The notes beneath the pieces are model-generated. The model did not search any database. It was not told the DNA's origin and was given only the letters and a program-made list of their open reading frames with translations. 64,000 nt of DNA from Candidatus Altimarinota bacterium (GTDB lineage Bacteria > Patescibacteriota > Gracilibacteria > BD1-5 > UBA2023). The stretch spans positions 3,535-67,534 of the forward strand of contig JAYUDN010000024.1 of the NCBI GenBank assembly GCA_043739785.1. The letters are read 5' to 3'. The first letter of the stretch is position 1. The number at the start of each line of letters is the position of its first letter. This document shows, piece by piece, positions 22,353 to 33,746 of the stretch. Made by a program: the position numbers and the translations under genes.

Positions 22353-23354
22353 TTAGGGTACAACGGTATTTTCGAGAATATACGTGATAATCGCATCTGG
22401 CTTCACGCCTGAGCCGATCGCTTCATACGAGAGTCCGATGCGGTGTCTGAGGACATCGTGGGCGAGGTACTTGATATCTTCTGGGAGGACAAAGTCTCGT
22501 CACTCGATCACAGCTCGAACTCGAGCGAGTCGGATAAGGGCCAGTCCTGCTCGAGTCGAAGCTCCATATTCGAGAAGCGCTGCAATTGGCTCATATCATT
22601 TCCGCGGGGTTCGAGTGGCCTCCAGGATACTCAGGATATAGGTATAGATCTTCTCATCGATTCGGACGGAGGACATTATTTCTTCACGAATCGAGAGGAT
22701 ATTGAGAGAGTTTTCAGTTTTCAGTTTTCTGCTTGGAGTTGTTTTTGATTCGGTTTCCAAAGAAAGTCGTGCTATTTTACTCTGTGACTCAAGTATAACT
22801 TTTTCATCCGCACTTTTTGGATAGTCGAGGATGAGTTTCATCATGAATCGATCTAGCTCAGCTTCTGGAAGGGGATAGGTACCCGCTTGTTCGATAGGAT
22901 TTTGAGTGGCGAAGACGATAAAAGGAGTAGGAAGAGGAAAGGTGGTTTCACCGATGGTAACCGTTCCTTCTTCCATGGCTTCAAGAAGTGCGGATTGCAC
23001 TTTCGGTGGAGTACGATTGATCTCATCAGCGAGGAGGATATTAGCAAAAATAGGCCCCTTCCGAACGGTAAATTCCGATTTCTGTGGTCGGTAGATTTCA
23101 CTTCATGTAAGGTCTGAGGGGAGGAGATCCGGGGTAAAGGATATCCGCTGAAAATGGAGGCCGAGAATATCGGCAATCACTCGGACGGTCAGGGTTTTCC
23201 CGAGTCCAGGAACTCACTCGATCAGGACATGCCCCGAGGCGCAGATAGTCATCAGGAGCTTATCGACGAGAACATCCTGGCCGATAATATGCATCGTGAT
23301 GGATTTTTTCAATTCTAAAATCTGGGACTGAATCTGAGAAAGCACTGGATACAT
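22353..23354 (-). CDS. moxR: MoxR-family AAA+ ATPase
   Basis: [20 protein letters not shown](TGA 23214-23216)-[55 protein letters not shown]... The gene runs from ATG 23354 to TAA 22353-22355. Confidence 0.9.
22710..22730. repeat. AGTTTTC x3 heptad array inside the moxR coding sequence
   Basis: AGTTTTC AGTTTTC AGTTTTC on the plus strand. On the coding strand this is GAAAACT x3, 21 nt encoding ..KLKTENS.. in a segment slightly longer than in typical MoxR proteins. Confidence 0.7.
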
Positions 23355-23361
23355 AGAGTAG

Positions 23362-23382
23362 AGTTATGAGTTATAAGTTATA
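23362..23382. repeat. AGTTATR x3 heptad array abutting the moxR start codon
   Basis: AGTTATG AGTTATA AGTTATA on the plus strand. On the moxR mRNA strand this reads TATAACT TATAACT CATAACT, followed by CTACTCTATG. Confidence 0.6.
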
Positions 23383-23536
23383 CGTATGAGAAAAGCAAGA
23401 ATTGATAAGAAGACAATTTTTATGAAAGTTGTTATTCTCCAATCTCAAAGGGATCCCTCGGGTACTTCGGGTTGACCATATTTATAAGAGATTATATAGA
23501 ATATATCACATCCTGCAAACGAGAAAGTTGGTATTT

Positions 23537-23565
23537 TTGACTCATTCTTTCTTATGTGGTATGAT
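23537..23565 (+). promoter_or_regulatory. Putative promoter TTGACT-17-TGgTATGAT (extended -10)
   Basis: TTGACT at 23537-23542 and TATGAT at 23560-23565, with TGG immediately before the -10 box. ATG 23582 follows. Confidence 0.5.
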
Positions 23566-23581
23566 AGAAAGAAATCAATCT

Positions 23582-25018
23582 ATGCATCATTTCTTTGGAA
23601 AAAAACACATTTCGGTTAGGTGGAAGGAGAATGAGGATTGAAGTGTGGTTGAAAACCATACTGGAAGCGAAATTACTCAACAAAATCTTCCTCAGCGGGT
23701 TCCTCCTACTCAAGAGGAATTGAAAATTAAGGCAGATAAATATGGAGTATGATGGCCAGAAACATCAGGAACTGAAGATGCTCAGAAAATATTGACTGGA
23801 TTTGTTGATTGAGTGTCACCAAATGAGAACTTGGATTGAAAAAAGATAGCCGCTGCTCAGGCTCTCCAGCAAGCTCAAATCGCGAAAATAGAGGCTCAGA
23901 TGCATATCGTCGAGACCTCGAAGCGACTCACTGATCTGGCAGTGAGACTCAAGGGAAAATTTACGGCTGTACTCTGGAAAGAGCAAGAATCTGATAAAGG
24001 CAGTCTTTCTCCAGATGGTTTAGAAAAAAAAGGAAAGGAAATGGAAATCAAGGCTCAAAATCTTACGAATGAATATCTTACCGCAAACAAAGAGCAGTAT
24101 CTAGCTTATAAGAAAGAGATAATAAATCTTCCTGAAGAAGAACAGAAAACGAAGCTAGTCGAGTTTCGAAAAAATATGTTTGAGACATTTTGTCGTGAAA
24201 AGGGATTGGAATTACCCGCAGTAGCAGTTTCTGTTTGAGAAGAAGGTGCTGATAGTCAAGGAATGGCAACTTCGAATATGACTTTTGATAGCTCCGATGA
24301 TACCTTTGATGCGATGGAGCAGTATGTTCAGTCCACAGAATCCTATAAGCGTCAACACTTTGCCGAGGCAGAAGCGGATACTATTTTGAAAAAAGAGTTT
24401 CCTGAGGCAGAAAATGCACAAGATGCTGTGAAGCATGTTTTGAGTGAGGAAGGTGGAACTGAAAAACCATTAAGTGACTATCTTTCAAAATCAGATGAAC
24501 CATCCTCATACACTTCTGAAAGTAAGATAACGATCCGAAGCGGTGAAGGTTTTACTAGAATAGATGCACCCGGCTCTGAGAATGATTGGATTATATATTC
24601 GGATAATCAAGACGAAATAAAAAAAGCAGTTCGGCTCTATGCTTCATTTTCAAGACCTCCCCTCGATACGTTTCGGCGTGACGGGTATGAGTATATGTCT
24701 GCGGTCGAGGTACGTGTTGCGAAGGAAATAAATTCGAGAGTTCCTGGAGAAGTTCCGAGTCCGGATGATATCGCGAGGGTGATGCAATTCGTACTTCTCA
24801 AGCAAAATCCAGGCTACAGTAATGATCTTATCGGTATTACGCTGAAGGACTTGCTATCAGGTGGCAAAGGAATCGAAGAGTTTAATACCTTTCTCAAAAA
24901 TCACTGAGATGTGACTAGTGGTTCTATTTTGGCTTCTGCACAAGAGCAATGACTTGTCACGGATGATAACAATCTGAAAGTCGTGAATTTTATGAAAGCT
25001 CTTTCAGAACTCGCCTAG
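23582..25018 (+). CDS. Hypothetical acidic protein (478 aa)
   Basis: Track ORFs 23429..23641, 23900..24238 and 24263..24907 share one frame. I checked the intervening codons and the only stops are TGA. The gene ends at TAG 25016-25018. Confidence 0.65.
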
Positions 25019-25066
25019 ATTTTTTCTCCTTTTTCTCTATACTCCGCTCATATAGCGGATTTTTTT

Positions 25067-26368
<1,302 letters not shown>

Positions 26369-26464
26369 CATCATGGAGTTTCTAAATATGAGAAGATTAT
26401 TTCTGATTAGTTTGAACTCTAATATACTATACAAATAACTATATAACTTATAGAGTAATCTTTT

Positions 26465-27151
26465 TTAGCTTTTTTTTGAATGATTCAAAACCTTCATAAC
26501 TCACCTATTATGACTGGTTTGCTTTTGCCTTACTAAGAAATCTCACCACTTTGTAATAAATGCTTGAGCAAATATCCCCACATTCCATAAGGAATTCATA
26601 TATTCATCAGGATTCTTTCAGAGTAACTTGGCAACCTGGAGGACATCTTTTTTCTTCAAACTGTACGGTATATTTTCATATACATTATGACTTCTTTTAA
26701 GTGTAAAAAGGAATCTACCAGTTTCTGAGTTATCAAACCATTTTTTCAACTTTTCGTTTACGTCAATTTCTCAATCTGAATCTTGAGATTCAGACATTAC
26801 TGCTTCATTATCCCCTTCATTCATATTTTCTATTTGAGGATTATCTTCGTTGTTGTAATTATCCTTCAATAAATCAATATCTTTCCAAGGAACTAGAAAA
26901 CGTGGATATAGTCTCTTTGCTGTAGTTACGAGGACAGTTGTCATCTTCAACACTGTCTCTTCATCTGGATTGTCGATCCCACCACCCAAAAATACCTGTA
27001 ATTCGTCAGGCAGTCATTGAAGATTGAGTTCTAGTAGAATGCTAATTATTCATGCAATAGCCTCATTTCTTTCCAAAGATTCAGGGGTATGATTTTCATC
27101 TGTATTTATTCACACTCACAGAAGCGCGGGGACCTGAGCTCAAGTTGACAT
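26465..27151 (-). CDS. Hypothetical protein (228 aa)
   Basis: Track ORF 26771..26989 extends upstream across TGA codons to ATG 27149-27151, and downstream across TGA 26771 to TAA 26465-26467. Confidence 0.5.
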
Positions 27152-27306
27152 AAATTATAAATATTACCTTTTTATTTTATCATATTTTTTCCCCTAAAGC
27201 GAATTATTTGGTATATGTTGCACAAATATTTTTCTAGATTACCAGACAGAATTACTGTAAAGAAGTACATACTTTATATTTAAATTGTCTGAATTGCTCA
27301 AAAAAT

Positions 27307-28173
27307 CTATACTCAATCATCCATTTTTCCAGCCATAAAGAAATTGATCTGGTTGACGGTTTCGATCGGTTTGTCGATATAGTGCATATGGAAGGTGGTT
27401 CCCACATCGGTGAAATCATTTTTTGTAATGATTTCTATCGTCCCGTAGTCGAAGAGGGAAGCGAGGAAATTCGGGAATGAACTCGTGATAAAACGGATAT
27501 TGCTATAGAGTCTGAGGGCTTGCGTTTTTTTGTACACTCAGGATTGATCGATGAAGTAGATCTTCCCAGCCACGACAACGATATAATCCATCTGGAGATC
27601 GATGACTTTCCTTCGATAGTAGCCTATGAGGAATACCTCGAGAAGCGAAAAAGTAATATCGAAAAAAGAAAAGGATCAAAATGGCTCCTTCGACATATAG
27701 ATATAGTAAAATATATGAATACAGAAGAGAAAAATAGCGATAAAATAACTTCCCGTTACTTGGTTGAAAAAATGATTAAAGACCCGATCCTCGAGTTGCA
27801 TAATGGTTTCTATGGCTCCATATTCTTTCTCGTGAGAAAGCTCATACAGTTTTCGATGGATTTTCTTATAGAACCTGAGAAAAGCGATACCCGCAATGAG
27901 TATTCAAACGGTATTGAGAATCAGGACTCCAGATGTAATCCAGAAAAAAATAAAACCACTCTGGTATACTCCTCTTTCGAGGTACAGTTCAAGTAGGAGA
28001 AGTAAGACTATAAGAAGGAGGGAGAGACTGACAAATGCTCCGTAGATCCAAGATCTCTGGACGACATATACCTTCTCGACATGTTCTTCCTTGAGTTCTC
28101 TCAGGAGTGAGCTTGCTCCTCCGATTTGGAATGAATGAAAGAGTGCCTCGTAGATTTTTTTGAAGGTGATCAT
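27307..28173 (-). CDS. Hypothetical membrane protein (288 aa)
   Basis: Track ORFs 27904..28173 and 27313..27537 share a frame and join across TGA codons. The product has several TM segments. The C-terminal ..LRLYSNIRFITSS..DYGTIEIIT.. faintly resembles a bacterial PH (YdbT-like) domain. Confidence 0.55.
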
Positions 28174-28230
28174 ATATGGAAACTGAGTGATCCATATGGT
28201 ATCCTTTTTATTGAAAAAGAGAAAAGCTAT

Positions 28231-28941
28231 TTAGATTTTTCCATACATAGCAAGCCCAGTGACTTTGTCATAACTTGTAGTAATTTTTTGGAATTTTGAT
28301 TTTATTTCTACCACTCGTATGGCATCTGACTCGATCTTCACTCGATATCCGAGACTGTATTCATTTATTTCTGCTATTTTTATGGCTTGAGTAAAGTCGG
28401 ATGTTTTAGCATAGTAGACACCACTTTTGGCGGTACACTTCTGAAACAGACAGAGTCAGGTAATCCAACTGAACGATGATCCATCACTACTCCAAGAACT
28501 ATCGAGTATTCAAGTGTCATTACTCAAGAGAACCTTACCAGTGGCAATACTTCGTAGACTCCATCCTTCTTTCTGGAATCCCTGCATATGTATTTCGAAG
28601 AATCTTCCCTTTGGATCGATGGTTCCAAGAGCAAAATTTTCGATACAGTTTGATTTTCACAAACTTACACATGCGAGAATTTCTTCTCGCTTGGGTTTGC
28701 TATATTGGCTCATGGGTCCAGGGAGTACTCGGTTTTTTCTTCCTTTCTGGATTACCGTGATCGTGTCGGTGAGCTTCGATGAATCTCAATTGTACACGAG
28801 AGTAATAGGATTTTTGAGAGTTGAGAGTGTTACTGAGTATGATTTTTTCGGGATCAAGAGTGTAGTATCGAGATCATCTGTGGCGTAGACACCACTGAAT
28901 ATAAGCGTAGAAAGTACAATGATGGAGATAAGGATGCGCAA
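28231..28941 (-). CDS. Hypothetical secreted protein (236 aa, TTG start)
   Basis: The frame is open from TTG 28939-28941 to TAA 28231-28233, with an upstream in-frame TAG. The N terminus (M)RILISIIVLSTLIFSGVYA/TDD looks like a signal peptide. Several TGA codons are present. Confidence 0.5.
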
Positions 28942-29056
28942 TAAGAAGAAATAATGACAGAGATAGTATATGGTATTTCACTATCGATGGTAGCTAAAGG
29001 ATAATTTCGAGTGGACGAAGTACGAGTATATTTCTTAGAATAAGAACGGTGGAGTT

Positions 29057-29085
29057 TTGCGAAATATATTAAAAAGTGATACGAT
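29057..29085 (+). promoter_or_regulatory. Putative promoter TTGCGA-17-TGaTACGAT
   Basis: TTGCGA at 29057-29062 and TACGAT at 29080-29085, preceded by TGA as an extended -10. Confidence 0.35.
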
Positions 29086-29156
29086 AGATAATATGTGATA
29101 TATATATAATGATTTTTATCAATCTAGAGCCATTCCTGAAGTAATTAGGAATCCAA

Positions 29157-29441
29157 ATGCACTTTCCCTCACTCAATATGAGGAACTTATTTGAAGAGTC
29201 TGATTCCGAGACAAAGTGCTATCACTTCTTGACTTATGATGAACTCTTGAAGAATTTTCTGCCAGAATTATGGATATCTACAAGGATGTCTGAGAATCAG
29301 GACTCAGTGAAAAAGAAATATGCATTCTTGCATCGGAGTGTTGATATGGTATGATTGATAGAGAAATCCTTAGAGATTGGATGCAATTCCTATTTATGAC
29401 GAAGGCAGCCTGAGAATCACTACCTTATACAGAAAGCTTAG
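29157..29441 (+). CDS. Small hypothetical protein (94 aa)
   Basis: Track ORF 29157..29354 continues through two TGA codons to TAG 29439-29441. There is no recognisable family, so the coding status is weak. Confidence 0.25.
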
Positions 29442-29839
29442 AGAATTGAATCCTGTGAAGCACTTTCCGTCAGAAAAAGAAAAATACTCTCAAACTGAAA
29501 AACGAGAGAAGGGAAAGAAGAAAGCTTGCCAAGAAAAACCAGAAGAATCAACAAATTCCTCAAAAAAAAGAAAGAGTATGAACCAAAATGAAATGAAGTT
29601 TTTATTAAAACTTGCTTTTATATTTTTTTCTTTATAATACCGGCATTGCTTCACCCATACAGATGAGTTTTTCCCGTGGTGAGGCGAAGTGTGGTCCATC
29701 CCGAGTCTTCGGGAAGTTTTGGGCGTATAAATAACTCTCGGTAGGGCTACTGAGCGTTTTATACCATTCGAGTTCGGAATTGAGAAATAGAATGGAATAG
29801 CAGATTTTTTTCCCTTTTCACAAAGAGAATGCAATCTTG

Positions 29840-29867
29840 ATTCTTCATTCGTCATTCTTCATTCCCT
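29840..29867. repeat. ATTCTTC-type heptad array in the rpoB leader
   Basis: ATTCTTC ATTCGTC ATTCTTC ATTCCCT. This is the reverse complement of the GAATGAA/GAATGAC heptads found inside tgt. It lies 40 nt upstream of the rpoB ATG. Confidence 0.65.
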
Positions 29868-29907
29868 TCTCCTCACCCCACTTTACCTTCTTTATCACCT
29901 ATCAACC

Positions 29908-32900
29908 ATGGCTAAGAAACAGGCTTCGACCGTTTCTCCTTCTGCCACGAGTACTCCATCACCTATGGGTCTTGGAGAAATTTACCATGAGCAGGGGAGA
30001 TATTTTTTCAATGATGATCGCACCGTTCTCGAGCTTCCTGGACTCATCGAAGTCCAGCTTGATAGCTATCGAGACTTTCTCGAACGTCGTATCGGACAGG
30101 CCTTCAATGAGGTATTTCCGATTGATGACTTTTCTGGAGAAAAGATTTCTATCTACTACAAGAGCTATGCGCTCGAAGAACCGAAGTACTCGGCGTCTGA
30201 TTGCAAGCGGAAAAATCTCAACTTCGAGGCACCGATCAAGGCACGATTCGAAATGCTCAACAAGCAATCCGGAGAAATCAAAGAACAAGATGTCTACCTC
30301 GGAGGGATTCCGATCATGACCGAAATGGGAACCTTTATCGTCAATGGGGTCGAACGAGTCATCGTCAACCAGGTGATCCGATCTACCGGTATGTTTTTTA
30401 CCCCGGATCAGAAAAATCCAGGTCTCTACGCAATGAAAATCATCCCACATCGTGGAAGCTGGTTCGAAATCGAAATCGAGAAAAAGGGAATCGTGAATGT
30501 CAAAATCGACAAGAAACGAAAGATTCCTATTTCAGTAATACTCAGAGCCTTCGGGTATGAGAGTGATGCGGAGATTCTCGCCGCCTTCAAGGGACAGGAT
30601 GAGATTATCACTCGACACATCGGTCCGACCCTCGAAAAGGACAAAACCAAAAATCGTATGGAAGCCCTCTATGCTATCTATAAGCTCCTCAGGCCAGGAG
30701 ATCTTGGAACCGATGAACGAGTCGAACAGCTCTTCCAGTCGACTTTTTACGATGTGAAAAAATTCGAACTCGGAGAAGTCGCTCGTATCAAGATCAATCG
30801 CAAGCTCTCTGAAATGTACAAAGATCACGCAAAGGTGAGTGGTGTAGAAGAGGGAAATTCATTCCTCCTTCGTGAGGACTTCCTCTGCGGACTCAAGTAC
30901 CTTTTCTCGCTCTGTATGGGAGAACCTGGATACCGAACGGATGATATCGATCACCTCGAGAATCGTCGTGTTCGTTCCGTCGGAGAACTCGTCTATGATA
31001 AAGTGAAGGTCGGACTTGCTCGTATGGAAAAGATTGCGAAGGACCGTATGACCATTATCACGGATCTCGATGAGGCAACACCAGGATCCTTTATCAACTC
31101 TCGACCGATGGTCGCGGTGATGCGAGAATTCTTCGGTACCAACCAGCTTTCACAGTTTATGGATCAGTCGAATCCACTTTCAGAACTCGCCCATAAGCGT
31201 CGAGTGACGGCACTCGGAGTCGGAGGTCTCACTCGTGAGCGTGCGTCGTTCGAAGTTCGAGACGTACATCCTACCCAGTATGGTCGAATTTGTCCGATTG
31301 CAACTCCAGAAGGTCCGAATATCGGACTCGTACTCCACTTCGCTTCCTATGCTCGAGTCGACAAGTATGGATTCATCACGACGCCATTCCGACTTGTGGA
31401 ACACAGTGTAAAAAATAATGGAGTTGATGCTATCAATCGTATCACCCTCAACGATATCGAAGATGCGAAAGGTAAAGTAATCGTTCCAGAAAAGACCCTT
31501 ATCACCGAATCGATCGCGAAAGATATCCAAAAACAATACAAAGAAGAGATGCTCGAAGTTCGAGGATTCCTTACGGAAAAGACGAAGTATTTCGATGCGT
31601 ATGAAGAGCGTAAGCTTGTCATCGCGGAGGCGAATACGAGTATCGATCCATACGGAAACTTTAGTGAAACGTGGCTCTCAGCACGTAAGGCTTCTGAAGC
31701 GGAAATCGTCTACGTCCGAGAAGTTACTCATATCGATGTCTCTCCGAAACAGATCATGAGTGAGACGACAACCCTCATTCCATTTCTCGAGCACGATGAT
31801 GCGACTCGAGCGGAAATGGGATCGAACATGATGCGTCAGGCGGTTCCTCTCGTTCGTGCGGAAGCACCAACGGTCGGTACTGGTATGGAACGTATTATCT
31901 GAGAAGGATCTGGATATATCGTCAAAGCTCTCGATGATGGAGAAGTCATCGGAGTTGATGCGAAGCATATTTCTGTGCTTTACGCCAATGGGAAAAAGAT
32001 GACCTACGGACTTCGAACCTTCGAACGTTCGAACCACGATATGCTCATCCACCAGTGGGCTCGTGTATTTACAGGAGACAAATTCGTCAAAGGACAAATC
32101 CTCGCCGATGGACAATCCCTCGACAATGGGGAACTCGCGGTCGGTCGAAACCTTCTCGTCGCGTATATGCCATGGGAAGGGTACAACTATGAGGATGCGA
32201 TTATCATCTCCTCTCGACTCATGCAGGAAGATTATTTCACCTCAATACACATCAACGAATATGTCATGGATGTTCGAGAGACCAAGCTCGGCCCTGAGCA
32301 GACGACCAATGATATCCCGAATGTCAGCCAAACCAAACTCAAGGATCTCGATGTGGACGGTATCATCCGAGTCGGAGCCAATGTCAAAAATGGAGATATC
32401 CTCGTCGGTAAGGTCACGCCAAAGGGAGAAGTCGAACTCTCTCCAGAGGAGCGCCTCCTTCGAGCGATCTTCGGAGATAAGTCAAAAGATGTCAAAGACT
32501 CTTCTCTCATCCTTCCCGCGGGAAGTGGAGGAAAGGTTATCGGTGTCCATATCCTCCGCCGTGAGGATGGAGACAACCTCCCAACCGGAGTATTCAAGCA
32601 AGTGAAAGTCTACGTCGCGCAAACTCGAAAGGTAGAAGTCGGAGATAAGATGGCCGGTCGACACGGAAATAAGGGTATCGTCTCTCGTATCGTTCCCGCT
32701 GAAGATATGCCATTTATGGCAGATGGAACGCCGATGGATATCATCCTGAATCCACTTGGAGTTATCTCTCGTATGAACATCGGACAGGTCCTCGAAACTC
32801 ACCTCGGTATTGCCGCTCGTAAGCTCGGGATTAAGGTAGCGACACCAATCCTGAACGGTCTCACGACGGATCAGATTTCTGAACTTATGGCGAAGGCGGG

Positions 32901-33474
32901 ACTTCCAGCTGATGGAAAGGTCCAGCTTTACAACGGAAAAACTGGTGAATCATTCAAGGAACATACGATGGTCGGAGTCAAGTATATGCTGAAGCTCCAC
33001 CACCTCGTCGAAGATAAGATCCACGCCCGTTCGGTCGGTCCGTACTCGATGGTGACGCAACAACCTCTCGGAGGAAAGGCTCAGAACGGAGGACAACGAC
33101 TTGGAGAAATGGAAGTATGGGCGCTCGAAGGGTATGGCGCTGCCAATATCCTCCAGGAAATGCTTACCGTGAAATCAGATGATATCAACGGTCGAACTCA
33201 GCTCTATGAAGCGATCGTCAAGGGAAAGAGAATCCGACGACCGAATGTCCCAGAATCCTTCAACGTGCTTCTTCGTGAACTTCAAGCCCTCAACCTCAAC
33301 ATCGACCTCCTCTCTACGGAAGAGACGAGAGCCCTTGAGACCGAGATGAAAGACCGCTTCGAAGAGCTCGAGAAGCTCGATGGACAGTTCGATGTCGAAA
33401 TCGATATCCCAGTAATCGAGGAAAAGAAAGATGAAGACGCACCAGTGGTGATTATGACGGAAATAGAAGAATAG
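29908..33474 (+). CDS. rpoB: DNA-directed RNA polymerase subunit beta
   Basis: Track ORFs 29908..31902 and 31975..33474 share a frame and are joined by a single TGA (31900-31902). Beta-subunit signature blocks run throughout. Confidence 0.97.
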
Positions 33475-33660
33475 AGTAATAAATAGTAATTAGGTTTTAG
33501 AAGAATAAATGCAGCTTTAAAGAATATTTTTATTCAGAATCAATTACATACACATAAAGAACGTAACATCCCACCGCTTCCTTCGTATGGTTTACCAAGA
33601 GAAAGAGAATTTACTTCTCCTACGCCCTCTTCACTCCGGTGGTACGAAGATAGAGTGATA

Positions 33661-33745
33661 AAGTTCTCAAGTTTTCAAGTTCTCAAGTGAATCACTTGAA
33701 CCAAAACTTTGAACCTCCAACTTTATAACTTTTAACTAAAAACAT
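33661..33745. repeat. Octamer array plus an imperfect inverted copy in the rpoC leader
   Basis: AAGTTCTC AAGTTTTC AAGTTCTC AAGTGAAT, then CACTTGAACCAAAACTTTGAACCTCCAACTTTATAACTTTTAAC. The palindrome centre is TCAAGTGA-A-TCACTTGA (33683-33699). The array ends at the rpoC ATG. Confidence 0.65.
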
Positions 33746-33746
33746 T

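Noticed and set aside
27520-27996. 158-aa plus-strand ORF
   Set aside because: It lies antisense to the better-supported membrane-protein gene 27307..28173, whose two track fragments join in frame.
29640-29800. Known structured RNA (SRP RNA, 6S, RNase P, tmRNA) in the GC-richer segment
   Set aside because: None of the conserved cores I know is present: the SRP GGAA tetraloop helix, the RNase P GAGGAAAGUCC motif, or a tmRNA tRNA-like end. The segment is kept only as an unexplained region.
29490-29855. 121-aa minus-strand ORF upstream of rpoB
   Set aside because: The translation is low-complexity (F/S/K-rich) and overlaps the heptad array and the plus-strand leader. There is no support for coding.
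33571-33649. Pseudoknot-like complementarity CCACCG/CGGTGG and CTTCGTA/TACGAAG in the rpoB-rpoC spacer
   Set aside because: The segments occur in the order A-B-A'-B', with A' and B' adjacent. This could be chance, and I cannot evaluate the fold without software.
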